This document shows, in pieces, positions 23,916-32,644 of a DNA stretch of 64,000 bases; position 1 is the first letter of the stretch, and every line of letters begins with the position of its first letter. The notes beneath the pieces were generated by a model that saw only the letters and a program-made list of their open reading frames with translations, had not been told where the DNA came from and did not search any database. Position numbers and translations under genes: made by a program. Source of the stretch: Patescibacteria group bacterium (lineage in GTDB: Bacteria > Patescibacteriota > Minisyncoccia > Minisyncoccales > JAHCRE01); contig JAHCRE010000006.1 of NCBI GenBank assembly GCA_020148145.1, positions 6,368-70,367 of the forward strand. Reading direction: 5' to 3'.

Positions 23916-25064
23916 TCACCTTTTAGAGAAATATTCAATTAGGCGTTTTTTAAATTGTTCTAAGTTTTCATTTTTTATTCTGAAACCACAGGCCGGTGGA
24001 TGACCACCATAGGTCTCTAAAATTTCTGGACAAGTGCCCATCGCTTTGACTCCATCAAGTCCTTGAGGTATCCTTACTGCTCCTTGACTTTCTTTTTGGC
24101 CCTTCTGAAAAAGGAAGGTCGGCTTTTTATATTTCTGGCAGATTCTGGAAGCAACTGGACCAAGTAAAGTTAATGACCAGTCAGATGCTCCTTCAAAAAC
24201 TATTTCTTCTGATTTTTTCAAAATCCTTTCCTCAACTTCTCTATTTATCTCTCTGATTCTGACTTTGCGTTGAGAACTTTTTTCAAGGAGACCTTTAACC
24301 AAATATTCCGCTGTTTCTTCGTCTTTTTGAGTTAAAAGTAAATAAGCTCCGGTAAGGTGATTTTTAACATCGGCGGTATTTAAAGAAGAAATAATTCTTT
24401 GAATAAATTCTTGGAAATTTTTACAACTTTTAAGTAAATTTATTTTCAAAAAAGCCCTCAATCCCGGTCGCCAACTATTTCTAAGAGACCTAATTCCTTC
24501 TTCAATGAAAATCTGATTCTCTTCAATTCTGGGCATCTGATCGGCGATAGTGGCTAAAGCAACGAGTTCAAGGAAATTTTCTTTTAAAGACTGAGTTAAT
24601 TTTTTTCCTAAGAGAGCCTGGGAAAGCTTAAAAGCAATTGCGGCATTGGCCAGTTCTTTAAAAGGATACTCATCACCTTTTTGTTTTGGATCAACGACAA
24701 TAGAAGCCTGGGGAATTTTATTTAAAACTTGGTGATGATCAACAATAATTACCTCAAATCCCAATTTTTTAGCAAGTTTTATTTCCTCAAAATTTCCGAT
24801 TCCACAATCTAAGGTAATTAGCAAACTAGGGGCTTCATTTTTTAAATAATTTAGAGCTTTAACATTTAATCCATATCCTTCTTTTTCTCGGTCAGGAAAA
24901 TAAATAGCGGGAATTTCTCCGCCCAGAGTTTTGAGAGTTTCTTTTAAAATAAGGACTGAGGATACTCCATCTAAATCAGCATCTCCATAAAGGATGATTT
25001 TTTCTTTCGACTTAATTGCAACTATTATCCTTTGGGCTGCTTTTTTTAAATTTTTAATTTCCAC
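23916..25064 (-). CDS. DHH-family phosphoesterase (RecJ/NrnA-like)
   Basis: 382 aa. LYGDADLDG, ITLDCG, VIIVDHHQ motifs and a DHHA1-like C-terminus with GGHPPACG. Confidence 0.8.
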   Translation of the reverse strand: MEIKNLKKAAQRIIVAIKSKEKIILYGDADLDGVSSVLILKETLKTLGGEIPAIYFPDREKEGYGLNVKALNYLKNEAPSLLITLDCGIGNFEEIKLAKKLGFEVIIVDHHQVLNKIPQASIVVDPKQKGDEYPFKELANAAIAFKLSQALLGKKLTQSLKENFLELVALATIADQMPRIEENQIFIEEGIRSLRNSWRPGLRAFLKINLLKSCKNFQEFIQRIISSLNTADVKNHLTGAYLLLTQKDEETAEYLVKGLLEKSSQRKVRIREINREVEERILKKSEEIVFEGASDWSLTLLGPVASRICQKYKKPTFLFQKGQKESQGAVRIPQGLDGVKAMGTCPEILETYGGHPPACGFRIKNENLEQFKKRLIEYFSKR

Positions 25065-25075
25065 AATATCCTAAT

Positions 25076-26281
25076 TTATTTTTTTATTCCAGCATAGAAT
25101 TTTGAGTTTTTCTCATAGAAATTTAAAGCTTCCAGGCCTGGCAGTTTTTCGCCACCTAGAAATTTAAGCATTGCCCCTCCTCCAGTAGAAAGATAATCAA
25201 ATTTATCCGCTAAATTAAATTTATTAAGAGCAGAGAGGGTATCCCCTCCGCCAGCAATTTTAAAGACGAGGGGGTTCCTAATAATAGCCTGGGCAATTTC
25301 TTTAGTTCCTTTTTCAAATTGTTTTTTTTCATAAACTCCTAAAGGGCCACTCCAAATAATCATTTGAGCATTTTTAATTATTTGAGAAAAAATTTTGATA
25401 GTTTCCGGCCCGATATCAAAAACTCCCTCTTCTTTTCTAATACTTCCCAGGGCAGCCTCTCGAATATAATCCCCCTCTCCGCTCTCTAAAGAAACAATCC
25501 CATCCATGGGAAGATGAAGCTTGGGATTAGTTAAATCTAATTTTTTAATTTCTTCTATTACTTCTTTTTCTGGCCAGGGTTTTCCTATAGAAATTCCTTT
25601 TATTCTCAAAATAATATTAGCTATTTCCCCTCCCACAAGTAGATGGTCAGCTATTTTGAGAAATTTAGGGATTGCTTTAGCCTTAGTTGAAACTTTTATC
25701 CCTCCAATTATTGCTACCAGAGGACGCCAAGGTTTTTCTAAAACCTTAGAAAGAATTTTAATTTCCTTTTCTGATAATAATCCCACTCCCGAAGGTAAAT
25801 ATTTCGGTACTTTGGCAATTGAGGCATGGGGTCTATGACAGGTTGAAAAGGCTTCATTAATAAAAATATCCCCTAATCTGGAAAGTTCTTTGGCAAAATT
25901 TTCAGAATTTCCTTTTTCCTCTTTGTGAAATCTTAAATTTTCTAAAAGTAAAATTTCTCCAGACCTCATTGAATCTATCCATTTTTCAATTTCTTTTCCT
26001 AAACAATCTTTTGCCTTTACTACTGATAAATCTAAATATTCCATTAATTTTTCCTGAATCATATTCAACCTCAATCTCTCCACAATTTCACCTCCGGGAT
26101 TATCTAAATGACTCATTAAAATAATCTTTGCCCCTTTTTTTATTAAATATTCAATGGTGGGGATGGTCTTTCTAATTCGGAAATCATCTAAAATTTCCCC
26201 TTCTGGAGTAAGGGGAACATTAAAATCACATCTTACCAAAACTCTTTTATCTTTGAAGTCAAAATCCCTTAGACTTTTCAT
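25076..26281 (-). CDS. pgk: Phosphoglycerate kinase
   Basis: 401 aa. VRCDFNVP, IGGIKVSTK, STGGGA motifs. Confidence 0.95.
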   Translation of the reverse strand: MKSLRDFDFKDKRVLVRCDFNVPLTPEGEILDDFRIRKTIPTIEYLIKKGAKIILMSHLDNPGGEIVERLRLNMIQEKLMEYLDLSVVKAKDCLGKEIEKWIDSMRSGEILLLENLRFHKEEKGNSENFAKELSRLGDIFINEAFSTCHRPHASIAKVPKYLPSGVGLLSEKEIKILSKVLEKPWRPLVAIIGGIKVSTKAKAIPKFLKIADHLLVGGEIANIILRIKGISIGKPWPEKEVIEEIKKLDLTNPKLHLPMDGIVSLESGEGDYIREAALGSIRKEEGVFDIGPETIKIFSQIIKNAQMIIWSGPLGVYEKKQFEKGTKEIAQAIIRNPLVFKIAGGGDTLSALNKFNLADKFDYLSTGGGAMLKFLGGEKLPGLEALNFYEKNSKFYAGIKK

Positions 26282-26282
26282 T

Positions 26283-27896
26283 CTAAGTTTTATCTCCCTG
26301 ATTTTTTGTCTTTGATTTTGTTTTCTTTAAAGATTCTTCTAAAACTTTCTTTAATTCTTCTAAATTAACGGTTTTTCTCTTTGGTCTTTTTGTTTTTTTT
26401 ATTTTTTTAGATAAAAAGGGGGTGGGTTCTTTTTTAAAAGCCTCTTTAAGGGAAATGGTTGAAACTTTTGATGTTTTTATTTTCTTAAGACAAGATTTAC
26501 AATAAACTGGCCTGGTTCCATCGGGAGGAAAAATAACTTTTGTCCATTTTTTGCACAAAAAACATTGGGCATCGTAAAGAACAGGAGTGGCTGGTCTGGG
26601 AGTTGTAGGCAGGGTTGAAGTTCCCAACCAGCGACTAATTTTTTCTTCAACAATTGACCTTGAGGCTCCATATCTTTCCCTAGAGGCCTTAATAATCTTT
26701 TCTCTATTTGATTTTTCTGGTTTTAGTATAGGAAGTAGGGTTTCAGCAGAAAATGGACGGCCTGCTATTCCATCAATCATTAACTTCAAATAAATGTTGT
26801 ATTTTGCCAGATTAACCAAATCAGTAGCCGAAAACTCGGGAATAAATTCTTTTTCTAAGTATTCAGCGTCTTCAGCTCCCACTCTAAAAGAGATGAGAGT
26901 TCCGACATTACCAAAAACAGCATCTCTAACTGAATCTTCCATTTGGGCAATATATTGATGCCCTAAAGTCAAAGACAGCCTATATTTTCTTGCCTCAGAT
27001 AAAATGTTAACAAAGGATTCAGTGGCAAAGTTCTGAAATTCGTCAACATACAAAAAGAAATCTCTTCTTTGTTCTTCGGGAACATCCACCCTTGACATTG
27101 CTGCTAATTGCAATTTTGTAATTAAAAGAGCTCCCAAGAGCATTGAATTATCTTCACCAATTCTTCCTTTAGACAAGTTTAAAATCAGAATTTTCCCTTC
27201 ATCCATTATTTCTCTCATATCAATAGCTGACTTAACCTGGCCAATAATGTTTCGAACTAAGGGGGCAGAGATGAATTGGCCAACTTTATTTTGGATGGCA
27301 GCTGTTGCCTCTACTTCATATCTCTGGGTGTATCTGGCAAATTCATTAACCCAAAAAGTTTTTATTACCGGGTCAGTAATTTTCTCAACTACCTTTTTTC
27401 GATATTCGGGATCAGCCATCATTCGGTTAATCCCTAATAAAGTTGAACCAGGATATTCTAAAAGAGCTAAAATAGAATTATTTAAAATGTATTCCATTCT
27501 GGCTGACCAGACATCTGGCCAGATTTTTTTAAAAACTCCCATTAGGCCCGAGGCGATCAAATGTCTATGTTCTAAACTAACCTTTTCCATAACATTGAAG
27601 GTAATTGGATAGTCTAAATCGGCCGGATTAAAATAAACAACATCATTAATTCGATTAGAGGGAACAAAGTTTAATAATCTTTCGGCTGCCTCACCATGGG
27701 GATCAACAAAACCAATACCTCTACCCTGCTGAATATCTTGAATAGCCATATTTTCCATCATTACTGTTTTTCCCATCCCCGTTTTCCCAATAAGATAAAT
27801 ATGTCGACGCCGATCATCGAGTTTTATGCCAAACTTTTTCCTTATGTTCCGGAAAGTTGTTTCAGCAAAAAAGGTTATATCTTTGTTATTTTTCAT
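26283..27896 (-). CDS. VirD4/TraD-like (type IV secretion coupling-protein-like) P-loop ATPase with C-terminal Cys4 zinc ribbon
   Basis: 537 aa. Walker A GKTGMGKT, Walker B FLYVDEFQNF, C-terminus CFLCKK...CKSC. Confidence 0.7.
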   Translation of the reverse strand: MKNNKDITFFAETTFRNIRKKFGIKLDDRRRHIYLIGKTGMGKTVMMENMAIQDIQQGRGIGFVDPHGEAAERLLNFVPSNRINDVVYFNPADLDYPITFNVMEKVSLEHRHLIASGLMGVFKKIWPDVWSARMEYILNNSILALLEYPGSTLLGINRMMADPEYRKKVVEKITDPVIKTFWVNEFARYTQRYEVEATAAIQNKVGQFISAPLVRNIIGQVKSAIDMREIMDEGKILILNLSKGRIGEDNSMLLGALLITKLQLAAMSRVDVPEEQRRDFFLYVDEFQNFATESFVNILSEARKYRLSLTLGHQYIAQMEDSVRDAVFGNVGTLISFRVGAEDAEYLEKEFIPEFSATDLVNLAKYNIYLKLMIDGIAGRPFSAETLLPILKPEKSNREKIIKASRERYGASRSIVEEKISRWLGTSTLPTTPRPATPVLYDAQCFLCKKWTKVIFPPDGTRPVYCKSCLKKIKTSKVSTISLKEAFKKEPTPFLSKKIKKTKRPKRKTVNLEELKKVLEESLKKTKSKTKNQGDKT

Positions 27897-27897
27897 A

Positions 27898-29205
27898 TTA
27901 TTCAGTAGGTAGACCCGGAGGGGCTTCTCCTTTTTTAGCCTCTATTCGAGGAACAGCTGGAGCAGGAGCAACTATTCTCCCAGGGAAATGATACAAAGTG
28001 GCTAATTCGGCAGTATTTAAAATATAAGTGCCACCTTTTCGAGGAAATAAAGGAGGCCATCTTTTTATATAATATTTAAATAATCTTCTCTTCCTTAGAT
28101 AGGTTCTTCTCTTTCTCAGAATCCATTGAATCTTTGGCATTGTTTTTGTCCAGGGTTTAAGACCATTCATATTCTCAGTAGAAATTTCCTTAAAAAAACC
28201 AAAGGGAATTCGGGCTTTTGGTTTAAAGAAAACACCTTTTTTCCCAAGATAAAAATATCTAACATTACAGTCAAAACCAAATTTTGAAATTTTTTCCTGA
28301 ATTCCTTTAATTATCTCTAATTCTCCGGGAGAAAGTCTTAAGGCTCCAAATTCTATTTTTTCTGGTTCTTTTTTTGCTTCTTCAAGGGGTTCCCCAGCTA
28401 TTAAAACCCGAGTGGTCCCTTTTATAGCATACTGAGGAAATGGCTCCAAAGAAGGAGGAGCAGCCCTACCCATTAATTCCTCAACTATTTTTTCTCCTTC
28501 CTTAATCCAGGGAATCTCGTCTCTAATTGGTTTAGCAATTATCTGAAGCCAGAGTTGTTCGCCTGGTTTAAGAGTAGCCATTCCTTCAAGAAGTCCAGCT
28601 AAAGGGTCAATTCTTTTTTCTTCCTTTATCTCTCTTTCTAATTCAAATTTTGAATAAGTCTTAATTGGGTAAGGACTTGGTCTAGGGTTTTTCATATCAA
28701 AACCAAAAAGATCCCAATCTTTGTTGGGAATATCTTGGGGAACATATTTTGTATAGTCATCAACTTCAGAAATTTCAGCCTCGGCATATTGAGAATAGAT
28801 ATTTGATTCAATAATATTTCGGAATACTTCTGGCGCTCTGACATAAAAGTGAACCTCACCACCAAAACTAACGATTTCCAGAGAAATGGCCAACTGACAT
28901 TTCCCTTCTAGCCATTTCTCTCTAAAGCTAAAAATATCATGAATTGCATGGAAACCAGCGAAAACCTGTTCCATGGCCTTGATAGGCTTTAATACTTCTT
29001 TTGGTATCTTGATTTCGAGGAGAATAAATTTAATTTTGGATGTCCACCTGTCTCGAATAAAATAAAGATAAAGATACAAAAAAGGCTGGATAAAAATAAA
29101 AGGCAGGATAACCCACCACCAATTCTTTAAAATTTCTAAACTAGAAATTGAAGTTTTAGCCCAGAAATCAGGAGTTTTTAATAAATCTAAAATTTCCAGA
29201 ATCAT
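27898..29205 (-). CDS. Membrane protein, conserved partner of the upstream ATPase (function unknown)
   Basis: 435 aa. N-terminal TM pair. Tightly coupled to 26283-27896 (stop and start adjacent). Confidence 0.6.
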   Translation of the reverse strand: MILEILDLLKTPDFWAKTSISSLEILKNWWWVILPFIFIQPFLYLYLYFIRDRWTSKIKFILLEIKIPKEVLKPIKAMEQVFAGFHAIHDIFSFREKWLEGKCQLAISLEIVSFGGEVHFYVRAPEVFRNIIESNIYSQYAEAEISEVDDYTKYVPQDIPNKDWDLFGFDMKNPRPSPYPIKTYSKFELEREIKEEKRIDPLAGLLEGMATLKPGEQLWLQIIAKPIRDEIPWIKEGEKIVEELMGRAAPPSLEPFPQYAIKGTTRVLIAGEPLEEAKKEPEKIEFGALRLSPGELEIIKGIQEKISKFGFDCNVRYFYLGKKGVFFKPKARIPFGFFKEISTENMNGLKPWTKTMPKIQWILRKRRTYLRKRRLFKYYIKRWPPLFPRKGGTYILNTAELATLYHFPGRIVAPAPAVPRIEAKKGEAPPGLPTE

Positions 29206-30225
29206 TTAAACTTCTTTAATTTTGTACTTCCCAGCAGAATTTTTTAAAAAATACTTTTTATCTTGGAGATTTATCAAAATAGTATTTATCTTAACTAATC
29301 TTTGTTTTAAAACCTCTTTCACTATTTCTTCTTTGCTTAGAGACCTCTTGCTCTTTTTTAAAACCATTGAAATTATATCCTTGACCACTCCCGGGACATA
29401 TCCCCATTCTCTTAGGGCATAAAGGCCGCGACCAACCAGAACAAATCTGGGATCTTTGATTAATTCATTATGAACAGTCTGGGGTAAGGCCAAAGATTGA
29501 GATATTTTTTCCAGTTTTGAATTGTTAATTAATTGAGTGACCTCTCGAAAATGCAAAGGCTTTTTTTCTCTTTTAAATATTAAATGGGCCCTATCTTTTA
29601 TCCCTCGGGGATTAATCTCTGGCCAATCTTTTAGGCCAAATTTCTCTTCCGGCCCCTTTTGAATTTTCTTTGAAACCTCAAGATAGGAAACTAAAGCTTT
29701 AGGAGTTAGCTTTTCAAAGCCCAAATTGGTTTCTTTAATAATTTCTTCAAACAACAAGGGACGATTAATCTCTTCAAATTTATTATAGAGAGAAGATAAG
29801 ACTTCTTGAGCAAAACTTAAAGAATTGGGATTAATTGTCCAGAGAGAATAAAGGTTTCTTGTTTCAGAAAATCTATCAAATTTTTCTCCCAATTTTAATA
29901 AGAAGAAAACCTGGTTTTGAAATTTGGAATCACCCAGCAAATCAAGTAATACTTCTTCTCTCCTTAAATCTCCGAAAGTATGAATTTGATCAGAAAAATA
30001 TTGAAAAACCTTTTGGTGTTTCTCCAATTTCGGTTTCAACTTTAAAAATCCGGCCTCTTCAATTTGCCGAACCCTTTCTCTGGTAATACCGTAGCCTCTT
30101 CCAATTTCCTCTAAAGTCTTTCTTTTGCCAGTCTCAAAACCAAAACGAGACTCAATAATATCCTTTGTTCTTTTGGGTAAATCCTTAAGCAGATTTTGAC
30201 AAATTTTTTGGTAATTAAGAATCAT
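29206..30225 (-). CDS. Sigma-70 region-4-like HTH plus HARE-HTH-like domain DNA-binding protein
   Basis: 339 aa. TLEEIGRGYGITRERVRQIEEAGFLKLK. Later ELIKDPRFVLVGRGLYALREWGY. Confidence 0.6.
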   Translation of the reverse strand: MILNYQKICQNLLKDLPKRTKDIIESRFGFETGKRKTLEEIGRGYGITRERVRQIEEAGFLKLKPKLEKHQKVFQYFSDQIHTFGDLRREEVLLDLLGDSKFQNQVFFLLKLGEKFDRFSETRNLYSLWTINPNSLSFAQEVLSSLYNKFEEINRPLLFEEIIKETNLGFEKLTPKALVSYLEVSKKIQKGPEEKFGLKDWPEINPRGIKDRAHLIFKREKKPLHFREVTQLINNSKLEKISQSLALPQTVHNELIKDPRFVLVGRGLYALREWGYVPGVVKDIISMVLKKSKRSLSKEEIVKEVLKQRLVKINTILINLQDKKYFLKNSAGKYKIKEV

Positions 30226-30292
30226 TATATCTTTATATCACAGTTAAAAAGATATGTCAAGAAATTTTAGAGCTTTTAAGAACCTCCTTATG

Positions 30293-30457
30293 CGGGGACG
30301 GCGAGACTCGAACTCGCAACTCTCCCCTACCAAATCTGCGGGTCCGATGGGATTTGAACCCACGATTTTCGGTTCGACAAACCGACGTGTTAAACCTAGC
30401 TACACTACGGACCCATTTTGGTGGGGGGGGTGTTCTAACCAATTGAACTACGTCCCC
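30293..30457 (-). tRNA. tRNA-Trp-like gene interrupted in its anticodon arm by about 88-100 nt that contains tRNA-Asp
   Basis: 5' part at 30457-30415 (GGGGACG acceptor strand, GUUC-AAUUGGUUA-GAAC D arm, C8, ACCAAAAU). 3' part at 30338-30293 (..UUUGGUAGGGG, GCGAG-UUCGAGU-CUCGC T arm, CGUCCCC acceptor strand, G73). Anticodon assignment is uncertain. Confidence 0.55.
30339..30414 (-). tRNA. tRNA-Asp (anticodon GUC)
   Basis: Hand-folded, fully canonical. GGGUCCG/CGGACCC acceptor stem, GUGU/ACAC D stem, UCGGU-UUGUCGA-ACCGA anticodon arm, GUGGG-UUCAAAU-CCCAU T arm, G73. Confidence 0.9.
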
Positions 30458-30459
30458 TA

Positions 30460-30533
30460 TGCCGAGGGTGGGGTTCGAACCCACGACTTTCGCCTTATGA
30501 GTGCGATGCTCTAACCAACTGAGCTACCCCGGC
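30460..30533 (-). tRNA. tRNA with CAU anticodon, elongator type (Met or lysidine-modified Ile2)
   Basis: GCCGGGG/CCUCGGC acceptor stem with G1:C72, loop CUCAUAA, T arm GUGGG-UUCGAAC-CCCAC, A73. Confidence 0.8.
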
Positions 30534-30573
30534 ATTATTCCAAGTCGTTTCTGCAATTTGGAAAATCAATTTG

Positions 30574-30644
30574 TTGCGCCGCCTGGAATTGCACCAGGGT
30601 CTTCAGCTTATGAGACTGACGAGGTACTACTCCTCTACGGCGCG
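30574..30644 (-). tRNA. Initiator-like tRNA-fMet (CAU) with atypical D and T loops
   Basis: C1xA72 mismatch, A11:U24, A73, loop CUCAUAA. However the T loop is UGCAAUU (not UUC), the D loop AGUAGUA lacks GG, and the anticodon stem has no 3xG:C. Confidence 0.7.
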
Positions 30645-30686
30645 CCATTTGAAAATCGTATCATAAAAATTAGAATAAAGTCAAGT

Positions 30687-31190
30687 CTAAAATACCTCTA
30701 GTTCGTGAAGGGTTTGTTCATAAATTTTCAAAACACTTCTGGCCTGGTCTAAATCCAGCCTGTAGCCTGGATCATGAACAATATTGTTGCGAATTTTATG
30801 AGCCCCCCACAAGGAATCTAAGTTTGAAATTACATCTCTGCTCAATTGTTTCAATCTTTCCCCTAAGCTTTCTCCTCTATATCCCATCCTTTTTAAGGTA
30901 TCGCCTAACATTGAATCAGCCTCAATGATTGCCAGCTTTGCTTCCGATTCACTGTCTTTTTCCAATCTTTTTAAAATTTCTGCCCAGACCTTTGCCGTTT
31001 TTCTCATTCCATAGGGTTTAAAAGTTAAAATTTCTACTAAATCCGCCAAACCCATCCTTCTTAGCCAGGTAGATTTTAGAAGAATATAGATAAGACCAAA
31101 AATGGAAAATAGAAAAAGAACTAAAAATATAATTTTTAAAATGAAAAGGATTTCCTGAAATGGAAGTGAGGTTAAATTTTCGTATATCAT
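30687..31190 (-). CDS. Membrane-anchored helical protein, unknown function
   Basis: 167 aa. N-terminal TM helix. C-terminus WGAHKIRNNIVHDPGY (R-x4-H-like motif, significance unclear). Confidence 0.55.
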   Translation of the reverse strand: MIYENLTSLPFQEILFILKIIFLVLFLFSIFGLIYILLKSTWLRRMGLADLVEILTFKPYGMRKTAKVWAEILKRLEKDSESEAKLAIIEADSMLGDTLKRMGYRGESLGERLKQLSRDVISNLDSLWGAHKIRNNIVHDPGYRLDLDQARSVLKIYEQTLHELEVF

Positions 31191-32635
31191 ATTTTTTCAA
31201 AGATTAGACCTGCCTCTAAGATTTTACTCTCCTCAAAAGCCTTTCCAATGATTTGTAAACCAACTGGAAGATTCTTAACCTTACCCACAGGAATAGAAAG
31301 GGCCGGTAGTCCAGCTAAATTGACTGAAACCGTAAAAATATCAGAGAGATACATTAAAAGAGGGTCAGTAATTTTTTCTCCCAGTTTGAAAGGAAGGCTG
31401 GGTGAAACAGGGACTAGAATGACATCGACAGTTTTAAAAGCTTTTTCAAAATCTTTTTTAATCTTAGTTCTAACTTTTTGAGCTCTTAAATAATATGCTT
31501 CGTAATAACCAGCAGATAAAGCATAGGTGCCAAGCATTATTCTTCGTCTAACTTCCTCTCCAAATCCTTCTTTCCTTGAATACAAATATACATCTAATAA
31601 GCTTTTAACTTTTGCTGGAGCTTTTGACTCCCCTCCATAAAATTCTTTTGATAGTCCGTATTTTATTCCATCATATCTGGCTAAGTTAGCCGAAACTTCA
31701 GATGGCATAATAATATAATAAGTAGCCAAAGCGTATTTTGTATGGGGAAGACTAATTTCTTTAATTTTTGCCCCTAGATTCTCAAATTTTTTTATTGAAT
31801 CTCGAATTATTTCTTCAACTTTTGGATCCATCCCTTCAATAAAATATTCCTTGGGAATGCCAATTTTTAAATTTCTAATTTCTAATTTCCTTCTTCTAAT
31901 TTCTGGTATTTCTACGCTTGTCGAATCCATTTCATCCTTGCCAGAAATTACCCCAAAAACTATCTTTATCTCCTCAACCGTTTTTGCGATTGGTCCTATT
32001 TGGTCCAAGGAAGAAGCCATGGAAATTAGGCCATAGCGAGAAACTGCTCCATAAGTTGGTTTTAACCCTACTACCCCACAAAAAGAAGCTGGCAATCTAA
32101 TTGAACCTCCGGTATCTGATCCTAAGGCAAAACAACATAAATTTCCAGCTACCGCCGCTGCCGGTCCTCCCGAAGAACCTCCGGGAACTCGAGTTAAATC
32201 AAGGGGATTATGGGTAGGACCAAAAGCTGAATGTTCAGTAGATGAACCCATGGCAAATTCATCCAGGTTTGCCTTTCCTAAAATCACTGCCCTTTGAGCT
32301 TTCAGTCTTCTTATCACTGTAGCATCATAGGGAGCGATATAGTTTTCCAGAATCTTAGAGCCGGCCGTAGCTCTTATATTCTCGACTAAAATATTATCTT
32401 TTACTGCCAGGGGGATTCCAGCTAAAATAGGAATTTCTTTTTCTTTTGAAATTAAATCATCAATGATTTTAGCCTGCGAAATTGCTAAATCTTTGCTTAT
32501 TGTTAAATAGGAAAAAAAATTTTTATCTAATTTTCCAATTCTATCCAAAAAAGCCTGGGTTAATTCTAATGCCGAAAATTCCTTTTTTATTAAACCCTGG
32601 TGGGTCTGGGGAATGGTTAGTTGGTAAAGTTCCAT
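31187..32635 (-). CDS. gatA: Glu/Asp-tRNA amidotransferase subunit A
   Basis: 482 aa. Amidase signature GGSSGGPAAAVA..GSDTGGSIR. Confidence 0.95.
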   Translation of the reverse strand: MELYQLTIPQTHQGLIKKEFSALELTQAFLDRIGKLDKNFFSYLTISKDLAISQAKIIDDLISKEKEIPILAGIPLAVKDNILVENIRATAGSKILENYIAPYDATVIRRLKAQRAVILGKANLDEFAMGSSTEHSAFGPTHNPLDLTRVPGGSSGGPAAAVAGNLCCFALGSDTGGSIRLPASFCGVVGLKPTYGAVSRYGLISMASSLDQIGPIAKTVEEIKIVFGVISGKDEMDSTSVEIPEIRRRKLEIRNLKIGIPKEYFIEGMDPKVEEIIRDSIKKFENLGAKIKEISLPHTKYALATYYIIMPSEVSANLARYDGIKYGLSKEFYGGESKAPAKVKSLLDVYLYSRKEGFGEEVRRRIMLGTYALSAGYYEAYYLRAQKVRTKIKKDFEKAFKTVDVILVPVSPSLPFKLGEKITDPLLMYLSDIFTVSVNLAGLPALSIPVGKVKNLPVGLQIIGKAFEESKILEAGLIFEKI

Positions 32636-32644
32636 ATTAAAAAT

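Noticed and set aside
23217-23919. Track ORFs 23217-23861 (214 aa) and 23683-23919 (78 aa) as real extended or novel proteins
   Set aside because: Both read through the GC-rich repeat element. The RNase H domain begins at the internal MKKIIIYIDGG (23660). The 78-aa ORF is the duplicated 18-codon fragment fused to repeat sequence.
30291-30457. Archaeal-type bulge-helix-bulge intron or group I intron in the tRNA-Trp-like gene
   Set aside because: The helix flanking the insert has only a single bulged A and no 3-4-3 BHB geometry. The insert (about 90 nt, mostly tRNA-Asp) is too short for a group I or group II intron core.
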